64,000 nucleotides of DNA from assembly GCF_036383055.1 (NCBI RefSeq), contig NZ_DASVPC010000195.1, one strand, 5' to 3'. Both the position numbers and the translations under genes were made by a program. The stretch comes from Rhizobium sp. Lineage in GTDB: Bacteria > Pseudomonadota > Alphaproteobacteria > Rhizobiales > Rhizobiaceae. The notes beneath the pieces were generated by a model. It made no database searches. It was not told the DNA's origin and saw only the letters and a list, made by a program, of their open reading frames with translations. This document shows, in pieces, positions 9,601-17,759 of the stretch; within the stretch, counting starts at the first letter, position 1; the number at the start of each line of letters is the position of its first letter.

Positions 9601-12115
9601 AGATCAGCAGGATCTGCCAGATCAGGGCGGCAAACGGCCCCATGAAGTACCAGCCGAGGACAGAGGCGAAGAACCAGGCGATCGGCGTCAGCGAACGACG
9701 CAGATTGTCCATCATCTTCCAGCGGCCGAGGCCGGTGACACCGCGCTTCGGATTGAAGAGGTAGGGAAGGAGCTGCCAGTCGCCACGAGCCCAGCGATGC
9801 TGGCGCGAGACTTCGACTTCGTAGCGGATCGGGAAGTCTTCCACGAGCTCGCAATCGGTCACAAGCGCGCAGCGCGCCATCGAACCTTCGAGCAGATCGT
9901 GGCTGAGAACGGCGTTCTCGTCGATCTTGCCCTTCAGCGAAGCCTCGAAGGCATCGATATCATAGAGGCCCTTGCCGGTGAACGTGCCTTCCTCGACCAG
10001 ATCCTGATAGACATCGGAAACGGCGAAGACATAGGGGTCGAGACCGCGATTGACGGAGAAGACGCGCTGGAACACCGAGGCATCCTTGCCCGTGGTCAGC
10101 GACGGGGTGACGCGCGGCTGCAAGATACCGTAGCCGCGAACGACGCGCTTGGTCTCCGGATCGAGGACCGGCCGGTTGATCGGATGATGTAGCTTGCCGA
10201 CGAGCTTCGTGACCGTATCGCGCACCAGGCGCGTGTCGGAATCGAGCGTCATGACGTATTTCACATCCTTCGGCACGGTATTGGCGCCGGGCAGGAAGGT
10301 GGTGTCGCGGTCGCCGCGCAAAAGCAGGTTCAGCTCGTGCAGCTTGCCGCGCTTGCGCTCCCAGCCCATCCAGGAGCCTTCGGCCGGATTGTAGAGGCGG
10401 CGGCGATGCAGGAGATAGAAACGCTGCTTGCCGTCTTCGGCATAGCGGGCCGCGAGATTGGCGACTTCGCGGCGGGCATAGTCCAGGATTTCCAGATCGC
10501 GTTCGCTCTCTTCCTCCTGGCTGTCTGGCCAGTCGCTGAGCAGTGCGTAGTAGACTTCACCGCGCGGATTGGCGAGATAATGAACTTCGAGATTACGCAC
10601 GAGCTCGTCGACGCTGTCGCGGTTGCCGATCAGCGTCGGCACAACGACCAGCGTGCGGGCCTCTTCCGGAATGCCTTCCTTGAACTCATAACCGACAAGG
10701 CGTGCCGGTGTCAGGTACATGGTGACGACGAAATTGAACAGGCCCGTCGCCCCTTCGGACGCCGGCAGCGAGAACATCAGCAGCATGAGAATGGTTTCAG
10801 CCCAGCCCATGCCGGCCTGGATCATGAAATAGCCGACGACAGCCAGTGCAAGGGCGGTCAGAGCCATTACGGGTGCCGCGATCGCCAGCCAGTTAAGCTT
10901 GCGCCACTGGCGCACGAAACGCGCCGACAGGAAGGGGCGATAGCCGATCGCCTTTTCCAGCTTTTCCGTCTGCTGGCCCATGATGTAGTCGCCGATATTC
11001 GGCTCTTGCGGCTGCGGTTCGCCCGAAGCTTTGGCCGCCTCCGTCATCGCCATGGCGACCTGGGCGATCTCCATTTCGGTCTTCTTGGAACGGCGGGCAA
11101 GCTTTTCGATGCGGCGGCGATAGCTGTTGCGCGAGCCGGGATCGAGCTTGGCGTAGTCGGTTTCGTCCCACAGCAGCTTGTCGACCGCGCTCACCTCTTC
11201 GACCCAGACCGACCAGTCGGTGTCGTCGATCAGGCGCAGGCTCTTGATGATGTTGCCCATCGTCACATTGCCGGACGACAGCCGGTTATGCTCGGCCATC
11301 ATGACGCTTTCGGCGTCCGTGCCGGCATCCGCCATGCGCTTTTCCATCCAGGTGACGGCGAGACCCGAGGTGTGCGAGCCGTCACGGAGACGATAGAGGA
11401 ACTGCGTCGCGAAGGTATTGTCCGAGGTATAGGGCTCGAGCGTCTTCAGGAATTCGGCGACCTTGGCGTCGTCGTTGAGACGGATCAGCTCGTCGACGGC
11501 CTCGTTGGCCTTCTTGCGCGTGATGCGGCTCTGCTCGACGCGGCTGGAGATGCGGCGAAGGTTGTCGACCAGGATATAGCGCACCAGCGACGGAACAGCC
11601 CAGAGCTCGCCGATCTTCAGCATCTCAACGGACTGGAAGCCTTCTACCAGCGCCAGCAGGCCCTGGTTGGTCACGCTGCTGTGCGTATGGGCGACATAGA
11701 GCCAGGCGAGCGCCATGGTGCGCGGCATGACCATGCCGCCGATGGTGATCGTCTGGAGCTGATCGTAGAACTTCTTCGGGAAATCGCGGCGAACTTCCTG
11801 GATCGCCTCTTCGATGACGTAGTGGTTGTCGAGCAGCCACTCGGCCGCCGGCGTGATCGATTCGCCCGCGTCGACGTCGGCATTGGCCGAACGATAGACC
11901 CGCAGAATCTCCTTCTCATTCTCCTTGTGACGCGCGAAGAAGTCGAAGGGCGCAAAGCCCGGCAGCGTCGTCTTGGCGCCGTTACGGGCGAACGTCGCGC
12001 CGCATTCGCGTATCTGCTCGTTGGAGAAATAGGTCGCCCGGATCGAATCATTGTGATCGATCTGCTTGGCTTCAGAATCGCGTAGCGAAACAGTGGAGAG
12101 ATTTTGAGTCGTCAT
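3605..12115 (-). CDS. chvB: Cyclic beta-1,2-glucan synthase ChvB/NdvB/Cgs (GT84 glycosyltransferase plus C-terminal GH94-like phosphorylase region)
   Basis: A single ORF of about 2,840 aa with internal TM segments, of the size class expected for cyclic glucan synthases, in the same locus as chvA. First ATG (MTTQNLS) chosen; the track's start at 12136 is a TTG. Confidence 0.95.
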   Translation of the reverse strand: MTTQNLSTVSLRDSEAKQIDHNDSIRATYFSNEQIRECGATFARNGAKTTLPGFAPFDFFARHKENEKEILRVYRSANADVDAGESITPAAEWLLDNHYVIEEAIQEVRRDFPKKFYDQLQTITIGGMVMPRTMALAWLYVAHTHSSVTNQGLLALVEGFQSVEMLKIGELWAVPSLVRYILVDNLRRISSRVEQSRITRKKANEAVDELIRLNDDAKVAEFLKTLEPYTSDNTFATQFLYRLRDGSHTSGLAVTWMEKRMADAGTDAESVMMAEHNRLSSGNVTMGNIIKSLRLIDDTDWSVWVEEVSAVDKLLWDETDYAKLDPGSRNSYRRRIEKLARRSKKTEMEIAQVAMAMTEAAKASGEPQPQEPNIGDYIMGQQTEKLEKAIGYRPFLSARFVRQWRKLNWLAIAAPVMALTALALAVVGYFMIQAGMGWAETILMLLMFSLPASEGATGLFNFVVTMYLTPARLVGYEFKEGIPEEARTLVVVPTLIGNRDSVDELVRNLEVHYLANPRGEVYYALLSDWPDSQEEESERDLEILDYARREVANLAARYAEDGKQRFYLLHRRRLYNPAEGSWMGWERKRGKLHELNLLLRGDRDTTFLPGANTVPKDVKYVMTLDSDTRLVRDTVTKLVGKLHHPINRPVLDPETKRVVRGYGILQPRVTPSLTTGKDASVFQRVFSVNRGLDPYVFAVSDVYQDLVEEGTFTGKGLYDIDAFEASLKGKIDENAVLSHDLLEGSMARCALVTDCELVEDFPIRYEVEVSRQHRWARGDWQLLPYLFNPKRGVTGLGRWKMMDNLRRSLTPIAWFFASVLGWYFMGPFAALIWQILLIFCLFVAPTLSLINGIIPRTSDIIARAHLYTVWTDIRAANAQVALRIVFIADSACVMADAIGRSLYRAFVSRKLMLQWRTAASAQAAAQTTILGHYRVMWHAPVLALLALAFASLSGDNAFLVGIPFALLWVLSPAIAWYVSQSAETEDKLEVPESVSSELRKIARRTWRYFDTFVVEQQNHLPPDNVQQTPHPVVASRTSPTNIGVYLLSIISARHFGWISFEETIDRMEKTMATVEKLEKFRGHLCNWYHTDTLKPMGARYVSAVDSGNFAGHLLAVSSACRIWAEAPSAHMQGNLDGVGDVAGILGEILAELPDDRKTVRPLRHRLEERIVGFQNALAAVKREHEFASIRIINLSVLAHDIQKLAANLDHEVKSPQSGEVLTWSQSLVKVCEGHIADSVFDLANVDALRQRLAKLRDRMRETAFGMEFAFLYRPERRLLSIGFRVETNELDAACYDLLASEARLTSLFAIAKGDLPTEHWYRLGRQVVPVGSRGALVSWSGSMFEYLMPPLVMQERQGGILNQTNNLIVQEQMNYAKRLGAGIPWGISEAAFNARDHQMQYQYTNFGVPSLGLKRGLGQNAVIAPYASILASQYRPEAALENLQKLRKVGALGIYGFHDAVDFTPTRVPEGKKCAVVFNYYAHHHGMSIAAIANVAFNGRLRELFHADPVIEAAELLLQEKAPRDIPVMAAKHESDQPANIQEDMLRPEIRKIADPVTQDRELAFLSNGHYSVMLTATGAGYSRWNGLSVSRWRPDPTEDRWGTFIFLRDTASGQWWSATAEPRSIEGEKVKVAFSDEKAEYSKTIGDFTSEVECIVATENDAEGRRVTLLNMGSEDRFIEVTSYLEPAIASDDVDSGHPVFARMFVRTEVGSSGDVLRAERNKREYNEPDMAIAHLVVDNAGSERPTEFETDRRKFLGRGRTLAEAAAFDPGATLSGTQGFTMDACLSLRRVVRVPAGKKVSVIFWTIAAPNREEVDKAVDRYRNPDAFGVELTQAWTRTQMQMRHVGVSSQQAAAFQKLARYLVYPDMHLRADSATVLAGLHSQSALWPVTISGDFPIFTLRINDEIDIEIAKEALSAGEYLRSRGIAADLVILNECAAEHAQAMQHQLDALADHIRHNQGDGLRQHIFAVRKDLIENETYQQILAASRVVFHARNGKLVDQIARAATLFASAPQGDEAPVDRRAVALASQESVFAVTELGAQADLDFWNGYGGFAENGREYVVRLAGGQSTPHPWINVITNERFGFHVPAEGGGFTWSHNSRDYQLTPWTNDMVINRPGEALYVTDLDSNAVMTPYAGLSRNPKVQFEARHGLGYSVFSSEENGIGLELTQTVDRERPVKVFRLRVSNKGKGTRRLRLYNYAEWVLGINPHKTKPFILSSLDEETGALFANNPYSIDYSKRVAFMAASEAHSSFSASRREFIGRHGTVQMPEAVVSGAVLSNSTDLDGDPCAALAFDLTIGAGEEKDICFYMGDTVSLEEARTLVSEIRKADFEAVLSATRGFWDGFTGRLQISTPDKAMNNMINAWLPYQSLGCRIMARTAFYQASGAFGFRDQLQDTLAFLMHAPELARKQIVNAAQRQFREGDVQHWWLPGSGAGVRTHISDDVVWLAYAINQYCTVTGDKSLLDEELAFVEGAALMPGTHDAFYQPTVSQDKVSVYEHAALALDLAIKRKGGNGLPLILGGDWNDGMNRVGIQGRGESVWLGWFLAGTLTAFLPYAEARGDKERVERWTKHLPELRKSLETAGWDGNHYRRGYFDDGSPLGSSENFECQIDSIAQSWNILSGEGDPKRGETAMNAVLEKLVDDDNRMIRLFTPPFSKSARDPGYIKSYPPGVRENGGQYTHAATWVVMALAEMNRGDDAWHCFEMLNPVNHALDRDQADTYRVEPYVIAADVYGEGQLTGRGGWTWYTGSAGWFYRVAIEGLLGIRVKNGRLYVKSALPSTWDGFAADLDLPSGKYRISVSKAPDASGYSVTVNDRALANPDEGYPIEQ

Positions 12116-12536
12116 GGATTCGGGTTCTGGGTCCAAACAGAGTGACAGGCATTATCGCCTTTGATGTCTTTGTCCTGCCTGACACAACCATTCACACATT
12201 TGGACCCTTTTGCTTCGCTTCCCGGCGCGCGAAGGGGGTGAATTGGAGGTGGCGGCTTAGAACAAACGATTCAGGCGAAGATTTTCATGGGCTCTTTTTC
12301 GGGATCATGGCGATTTCACGCCACCATTCGAAACAGGCTTCCCATGAAACTTGAGACGCCGCCGGATGGTTCCGACAGCAGTCCCGGTGTGTCAAAAACA
12401 ATCGATCAGGGTCACGAGGCATTCTCCTTGGGCTGACTTCTTGCAAACAGGAATCAGGGTATTTCAGACTGAGCCCTCCATATCCCGCGGAAGATGAACT
12501 TAAACTGAACTCCCTCAAAAGATTCGCAAATTCGTC

Positions 12537-13220
12537 TCAAGCGCCGCTTTTCTCCGGATAGGAAATAATCGACAGGAAACGGATCGGCAGACTGACCAGC
12601 ACTTCCGGGCCATGCGGCGCGTCGGCATCGAAGAACAGGCTGTCGCCGGGCAGCATGGCATAGAGCTTGTCGGCGTGGCGATATTTTACCTCGCCTTCCA
12701 GCATATAGATCAATTCCAGCCCCGCGTGCTGAAACGCCGGAAAAACATCCGAATCGGCCGTCAGGGTAATGAGATAGGGCTCAACCTGCAGGCCGTTCGA
12801 CCCATTGCCGATATGGCCGAGCAGATTGTACTGGTGACCGGCGCGCGTGCCCCGCCGCTCCATCTCCAGACCCTCGCCGGCCTTGACGAAGACGGCATTG
12901 CGCTTCTCTTCAAATCGCCGGAAGAATGCGGTGACGGGCACGCCGAGCGCCCGCGCCAGGGATTGCAGCGTCGTCAGCGACGGCGAGGTATTACCGTTTT
13001 CGATCTTGGAGAGCATGCCGAGCGATATGCCCGTGGCCGAGGCGAGATCGGCGCCGGTGATGCCGAGCTTCTTGCGATAGGCGCGAACCTCATGGCCAAT
13101 CGCCATTTCGAGGTTGTTCTCCTTCGCGTCGCGCAGGGCGTGCGGATCCTGCTTCAGAATTGCCTTCGCATCGTGAGCCCCACTCCGCCTGCTGCTGCGC
13201 CCAGCCTCCACCTTGGTCAT
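12537..13220 (-). CDS. XRE-family HTH transcriptional regulator with C-terminal cupin domain
   Basis: HTH_3 motif (IGHEVRAYRKKLGITGADLASATGISLGMLSKIENGNTSPSLTTLQSLARALGV) followed by a cupin-like beta region (PGDSLFFDADAPHGPE). Start set at MTKVEAG; the longest ORF reaches 13280. Confidence 0.85.
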   Translation of the reverse strand: MTKVEAGRSSRRSGAHDAKAILKQDPHALRDAKENNLEMAIGHEVRAYRKKLGITGADLASATGISLGMLSKIENGNTSPSLTTLQSLARALGVPVTAFFRRFEEKRNAVFVKAGEGLEMERRGTRAGHQYNLLGHIGNGSNGLQVEPYLITLTADSDVFPAFQHAGLELIYMLEGEVKYRHADKLYAMLPGDSLFFDADAPHGPEVLVSLPIRFLSIISYPEKSGA

Positions 13221-13509
13221 GCCTCCGCCCCAATCTATTTTTTGTATTTTGGCGAAGCTTACTGTTTTAACGAAGCGCATTCCATTGGGCAGGGCAAAAT
13301 TTCTTTGCCCGGCAAAGTTCTGATCATGTACGGGAATAAGAATTGCCGTTGGGGAGGAGTGAATCTGAAAGAAGACGGATCAAACCACCGGTCATAGCCG
13401 GCCGGACCCGAGCCTCGGCCCGATGAAATACTGTCGTCCTGGGGACAAGCGAGAGAAGAACGCTTCAGCCACGACCGGCCAAACCCGGTCGCATCACCCT
13501 CGGCAGAAA

Positions 13510-13668
13510 TCAGACCACGATGCCGCAAACGATGGCAGCGACGAAGATGAACGCGGCGGAGCACAGCGCAACATTGATCGCGGTGTGGATCTTGTGCCGC
13601 GTCGCAGCAGCACGCTTCGAAGCATCGAACCGGTTCACATGCGTATTCGACATACCCAAATTCGCCAT
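13510..13668 (-). CDS. Possible 52-aa tail-anchored small membrane protein (below the ORF-track length cutoff)
   Basis: My own translation: MANLGMSNTHVNRFDASKRAAATRHKIHTAINVALCSAAFIFVAAIVCGIVV*. GGAGG lies 6 nt upstream of the ATG, and there is one C-terminal hydrophobic helix. No family recognised. Confidence 0.4.
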   Translation of the reverse strand: MANLGMSNTHVNRFDASKRAAATRHKIHTAINVALCSAAFIFVAAIVCGIVV

Positions 13669-13831
13669 GTGTTGCCTCCGTTGATTTTTTATTGTCGCAG
13701 GGACGAGCCCATGCCTGACATTTATATAGTCTCTATCAATTAGGTAGAGATAATTTTCCGTCCAGAGGACCGCGAGGGAAAAAATAAACCACTGGGTTCA
13801 GGTGGGGCTCGATAATCGGCGGAGCAGAAGC

Positions 13832-14020
13832 TCAGCAGAGAATGCGGCGAGCCCAGATCAAGGTGCGCTCGAAGGCGCTTGTTTCAGAGACTGGAGTCTC
13901 TGTTTGACCGATCAGATGACGGTTCTTTTCTTCCGGCAGAGTGACGGTCAACACGTCCTCTTCCTTCGCCGGCATCGGCGGATGGAGATAGCCCATGGTC
14001 ATGCCACCCATGAAAAACAT
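13832..14020 (-). CDS. Possible 62-aa hypothetical protein
   Basis: GGAGG lies 5 nt upstream of the ATG (MFFMGGMTMGYLHPP...). No recognisable family. It sits in an AT-richer intergenic gap. Confidence 0.3.
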   Translation of the reverse strand: MFFMGGMTMGYLHPPMPAKEEDVLTVTLPEEKNRHLIGQTETPVSETSAFERTLIWARRILC

Positions 14021-14171
14021 GCCTGCCTCCACTCGTGTACGACCCGTTGAGGATCACGAAAGTTAACCGTCATTAACAACATCATGACAGAAATGCGGCA
14101 GGTGTCAATAGTCTATACGATTGGTCGTCTTTTGAACGGAGATCGATTAAAGACGCAATGATCTCATATGC

Positions 14172-14921
14172 TTAGCTGCGAACAAAGCCCTTGCTCGCAA
14201 TCATCAGATTGCGGGTATAATCTTCCTCGACCTTGCCGGCCGCCAGGTCTTTCGCGCTCAGCCGCTCGACGATGGCGCCGTTCTGCATGACCACGAGGCG
14301 CTCACACATATGGGTGACGACGCCGAGATCGTGGCTGACCATGACGAATGTCAGGTGACGATCTCTACGCACCTGCTCCAGCAGATTGAGCACTTCCGCC
14401 TGCACGGAGGCATCCAGCGCCGAGGTCGGCTCGTCGAGCAGCAGGATGGTCGGCTCGACGATCAGGGCGCGGGCAATCGCCACACGCTGGCGTTGGCCGC
14501 CGGAAAGCTGATGCGGATAGCGAAACCGGAAACCGGTGCCGAGGCCGACTTCGTCGAGCGCCCGGGCAATACGCGTCTCGCTGTCGCCGATGCCGTGGAT
14601 CGCCAGCGGCTCCAGCAGCAACCGGTCAATGGTCTGGCGCGGATGCAACGAGCCGTAAGGGTCCTGAAACACCATCTGGACCTGACGATAGAACGCCTTG
14701 GTGCGCTTCGAGCCCTTCAGCGTCTCGCCATCAATGCGGATCGTGCCACCGCTGACCGGCGCAAGACCGGCGACAGCCCGCAGCAGGGTGGACTTGCCGG
14801 AACCGGACTCGCCGACGAGGCCGAAGGATTCGCCCCGGTTCACATCGATGCGCACCGCATCCAGGGCATAGTAACCGTCATAGACGACGCTGAGGCCGTC
14901 AACCGCAAGCGCCGCCGTCAT
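14172..14921 (-). CDS. Peptide ABC transporter ATP-binding protein (OppF/DppF-like)
   Basis: Walker A GESGSGKST, signature LSGGQRQR and Walker B LLLDEPTSALD. Its ATG overlaps the upstream stop codon (ATGA at 14918-14921). Confidence 0.9.
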   Translation of the reverse strand: MTAALAVDGLSVVYDGYYALDAVRIDVNRGESFGLVGESGSGKSTLLRAVAGLAPVSGGTIRIDGETLKGSKRTKAFYRQVQMVFQDPYGSLHPRQTIDRLLLEPLAIHGIGDSETRIARALDEVGLGTGFRFRYPHQLSGGQRQRVAIARALIVEPTILLLDEPTSALDASVQAEVLNLLEQVRRDRHLTFVMVSHDLGVVTHMCERLVVMQNGAIVERLSAKDLAAGKVEEDYTRNLMIASKGFVRS

Positions 14922-15751
14922 GCCGCCCACTCCGGCTTGCGGTCGAGAACCGGCAGCGGATGGCGGTTCTCGCCGATCACAGGCATGCAGTTCAACAGGC
15001 CGCGCGTATAGGGATGCTGCGCATTGTTGAGCTCGGAGGCCTTGAGTTCCTCGACGATCTTGCCGGCATACATGACGATGACCCGGTCGCAGAAGGAAGA
15101 GACCAGCCGCAGATCGTGCGACACAAAAATCAGCCCCATGCCGCGCTCCGACACCAGTTTGTCCATGATCCGGAGCACATCGAGCTGCACGGTGACATCA
15201 AGCGCCGAGGTCGGCTCGTCGGCGATCAACAGTTCCGGCCCGGCGATCAGCATCATCGCGATCATCACGCGCTGGCCCATGCCGCCGGAAACTTCATGCG
15301 GGTGCAGGTCGTAGACGCGCCTGGGGTCACGGATCTGCACGGCCTCCAGCATGGCCAGGGCGCGGTCGCGCGCTTCTCCCCTGCCAACCTTTTCATGCGT
15401 GCGCAACGTCTCGGTGATTTGCTTGCCGATAGGCATCACCGGATCCAGCGAGTATTTCGGATCCTGCAGCACCATGGCGATGCGCTTGCCGCGCAGGGAC
15501 CGACGCTCCTTGGCCGAGATCGACAAGAGGTCGATGCCGCTGAAATTCAGCCTGTCGGCGCTGACGAGCGCGTGCGGCGGCGTCAACCCCATGATGGCGC
15601 GGCCGGTCTGCGATTTGCCGGAACCGCTCTCGCCGACGATGCCAAGCCGCTCGCGGCCGAGCGTGAAGGACACGCCGCGCACCGCCTCGATGACGCCGGT
15701 ACGGGTGGGATAACGAACTCTAAGGTTTTCGACCGTCAGCATCGTCGTCAT
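14918..15751 (-). CDS. Peptide ABC transporter ATP-binding protein (OppD/DppD-like)
   Basis: MTTMLTVENLRVRY..., Walker A GESGSGKSQT, signature VSGGMGQR and Walker B LIADEPTSALD. ATGA overlaps the permease stop at 15748-15751. The upstream 200 aa of the track ORF were discarded. Confidence 0.9.
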   Translation of the reverse strand: MTTMLTVENLRVRYPTRTGVIEAVRGVSFTLGRERLGIVGESGSGKSQTGRAIMGLTPPHALVSADRLNFSGIDLLSISAKERRSLRGKRIAMVLQDPKYSLDPVMPIGKQITETLRTHEKVGRGEARDRALAMLEAVQIRDPRRVYDLHPHEVSGGMGQRVMIAMMLIAGPELLIADEPTSALDVTVQLDVLRIMDKLVSERGMGLIFVSHDLRLVSSFCDRVIVMYAGKIVEELKASELNNAQHPYTRGLLNCMPVIGENRHPLPVLDRKPEWAA

Positions 15752-16674
15752 TGACCGCTCTCCTTGGGATCGAGCGCATCGCGCAGGCCGTCGCCGAGCA
15801 GGTTGAAGCCGAGGCTGACGATCAGGATGGCGATGCCTGGCATGGCGGCCACCCACCATTGGTCGAGATAATATTTGAAGCCGCTGGCGATCATCACGCC
15901 CCATTCCGGCAGCGGCGGCTGCGCACCAAGGCCGAGAAAACCGAGGCCGGCCGCCGTCAGGATGACGCCGGCCATATCGAGCGTGACGCGCACGATCAAC
16001 GAGGAAATGCAAAGCGGCATGACGTGGCGGAAGATGATGCGCAGCGGCGAGGCGCCCATCAGCTGCACGGCGGCTATATAATCCGAGCGCCGCACGGTCA
16101 TCGTCTCGGCCCGCGCAAGACGCGCATAGGGCGGCCAGGAGGTGATGGCGATGGCGATGATAGCGTTTTCGATGCCCGCCCCGAGCGCGCCGGCAAAGGC
16201 GAGCGCCAGCACCAGCTTCGGGAAGGCAAGGAAGATATCGGTGATTCGCATCAGCACGGTATCGACCCAGCCGCCGAGATAGCCGGAGACCATGCCGATG
16301 ATCAGCCCGATCGGCGCGGAGATGATCGCGACCAGCACGACGATATAGAGCGTCCATCGCGACCCGTAGATCAGGCGGGAGAGGATATCGCGGCCAAGAT
16401 CGTCGGTGCCGAGCAGATAGCTCCCGGTACCCGGCGGCTTCAGATAGGCGTTGGTGAGATCGCCGATGACGGGCGAATGCGGCGCGATGAAATCGGCGAG
16501 GGCGGCGATCAGTACCAATGCGAGGATGATCAGCAATCCGATGACGGCCAGGCGATTGGCGGAGAATTGCCGCCAGGTGACATAGGCACGCCCAAGCCTT
16601 GCCTGGCGGCGCGACTGCGGCCGGTCCGACAGCAGCCAGTCACGCCAGCTAATTTGCGCGGTCCCAGCCGTCAT
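15748..16674 (-). CDS. Peptide ABC transporter permease (OppC/DppC-like)
   Basis: BPD_transp_1-type polytopic protein (..YIAAVQLMGASPLRIIFRHVMP..). ATGA overlaps the upstream permease stop. Confidence 0.9.
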   Translation of the reverse strand: MTAGTAQISWRDWLLSDRPQSRRQARLGRAYVTWRQFSANRLAVIGLLIILALVLIAALADFIAPHSPVIGDLTNAYLKPPGTGSYLLGTDDLGRDILSRLIYGSRWTLYIVVLVAIISAPIGLIIGMVSGYLGGWVDTVLMRITDIFLAFPKLVLALAFAGALGAGIENAIIAIAITSWPPYARLARAETMTVRRSDYIAAVQLMGASPLRIIFRHVMPLCISSLIVRVTLDMAGVILTAAGLGFLGLGAQPPLPEWGVMIASGFKYYLDQWWVAAMPGIAILIVSLGFNLLGDGLRDALDPKESGQ

Positions 16675-17738
16675 TTACGTCGCGTCCTTGGATCGAGGGT
16701 CCGATAAAGCAGATCGGAAAGCAGGTTGATGCCGATGAAGACGGTGCCGATGACGATGGTGCCGCCGAGCACGGCGTTCATGTCGGCGTTGCGCAGCGAG
16801 CTGGTGATATAGAAGCCGATGCCCGGCCAGGAGAAGACGATCTCCGTCAGCACCGATCCCTCCAGCAGCGATGCGTAGGAAAGCGCGATCACCGTGATCA
16901 GCGGCACCATGGCGCTGCGCAGCGCATGCCCCCAGATCACCCGCGTCTCGGAAAGACCCTTGGCGCGGGCAGCGACGATATATTCCTGCCCCAGCTCATT
17001 CAGCATGAAGCTGCGCGTCATGCGGCTGATATAGGCAAGGGAGAAATAGCCGAGCAGCGAAGCCGGCAGAATGATATGGCGGAACACATCCCAGAACACA
17101 TCCCATTGCCCCTGCATGGCGCTGTCGAGCAGGAAGAAGCCGGTGACAGGCGTGAAGGTATATTCATAGGCGATGTCGATGCGGCCGGGATAGGCCACCC
17201 AGCGCAGCTGCGCATAAAAGATGACGAGCGCCACCATCGCCAGCCAGAAGACCGGCAGCGAATAGCCGACGAGACCGATGACGCGGACGATCTGGTCGAT
17301 GAAACTGTTCCGCCGCACGGCAGCAAGCACGCCAAAGGGAACGCCGAACAACGCACCGATGATCGTGCCGACGGTCGCAAGCTCCATGGTCGCCGGAAAG
17401 ACGCGCCGGATATCGTCCATCACCGGATTGGTCGTCAGCACCGAGGTGCCGAAATCGCCGGTGAGCGCGCTCACCAGATAGAAGTAGAACTGCTGATAGA
17501 GCGGCTGATCGAGATGCATTTCGCGGCGCAGGCGTTCGATCACCTGCGCAGGCGCATGGTCGCCGGCAATCGCCAGCGCCGGGTCGATCGGGATCACCCG
17601 TCCGATGAAGAAGGTGACGGCCAGAAGGCCGAGATAGGTCGTGACGGCGACGACCAGGAAGCGCAAGACGCCCATTAGAATGGGCGCGGTACGGCCCTTT
17701 TTGGGCCGTACCTCCAATTTCCGTTCGACGGTGCTCAA
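16671..17738 (-). CDS. Peptide ABC transporter permease (OppB/DppB-like)
   Basis: Typical OppB/DppB features (..YIVAARAKGLSETRVIWGHALRSAMVPLITV..). Start uncertain: TTG at 17738 or ATG at 17675 (MGVLRF). Confidence 0.85.
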   Translation of the reverse strand: MSTVERKLEVRPKKGRTAPILMGVLRFLVVAVTTYLGLLAVTFFIGRVIPIDPALAIAGDHAPAQVIERLRREMHLDQPLYQQFYFYLVSALTGDFGTSVLTTNPVMDDIRRVFPATMELATVGTIIGALFGVPFGVLAAVRRNSFIDQIVRVIGLVGYSLPVFWLAMVALVIFYAQLRWVAYPGRIDIAYEYTFTPVTGFFLLDSAMQGQWDVFWDVFRHIILPASLLGYFSLAYISRMTRSFMLNELGQEYIVAARAKGLSETRVIWGHALRSAMVPLITVIALSYASLLEGSVLTEIVFSWPGIGFYITSSLRNADMNAVLGGTIVIGTVFIGINLLSDLLYRTLDPRTRRK

Positions 17739-17759
17739 AGAACTAATCCTGCCGGATTA

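Noticed and set aside
3992-12085. Many long plus-strand ORFs inside chvB (for example 5300-6469, 6503-8839, 8849-10192, 10337-12085; up to 778 aa)
   Set aside because: They lie antisense to, or out of frame with, an uninterrupted 2.8k-aa gene of known family. They are Arg/Gly/Asp/His-rich low-complexity translations typical of GC-rich shadow ORFs, with no motifs.
15752-16357. The N-terminal approx. 200 aa of track ORF 14918-16357, which would make a 479-aa ATPase
   Set aside because: This part overlaps the permease gene in another frame and is Arg/Ala-rich. The ABC domain begins at MTTMLTV, whose ATG overlaps the permease stop codon (ATGA).
15751-16707. 318-aa plus-strand ORF antisense to the OppC-like permease; similar antisense ORFs at 14310-15011, 14960-15754, 16926-17678, 18063-19436, 19560-20585, 20651-21448, 21740-23311
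   Set aside because: These are shadow ORFs opposite well-supported ABC, binding-protein and dipeptidase genes, with no motifs and biased composition.
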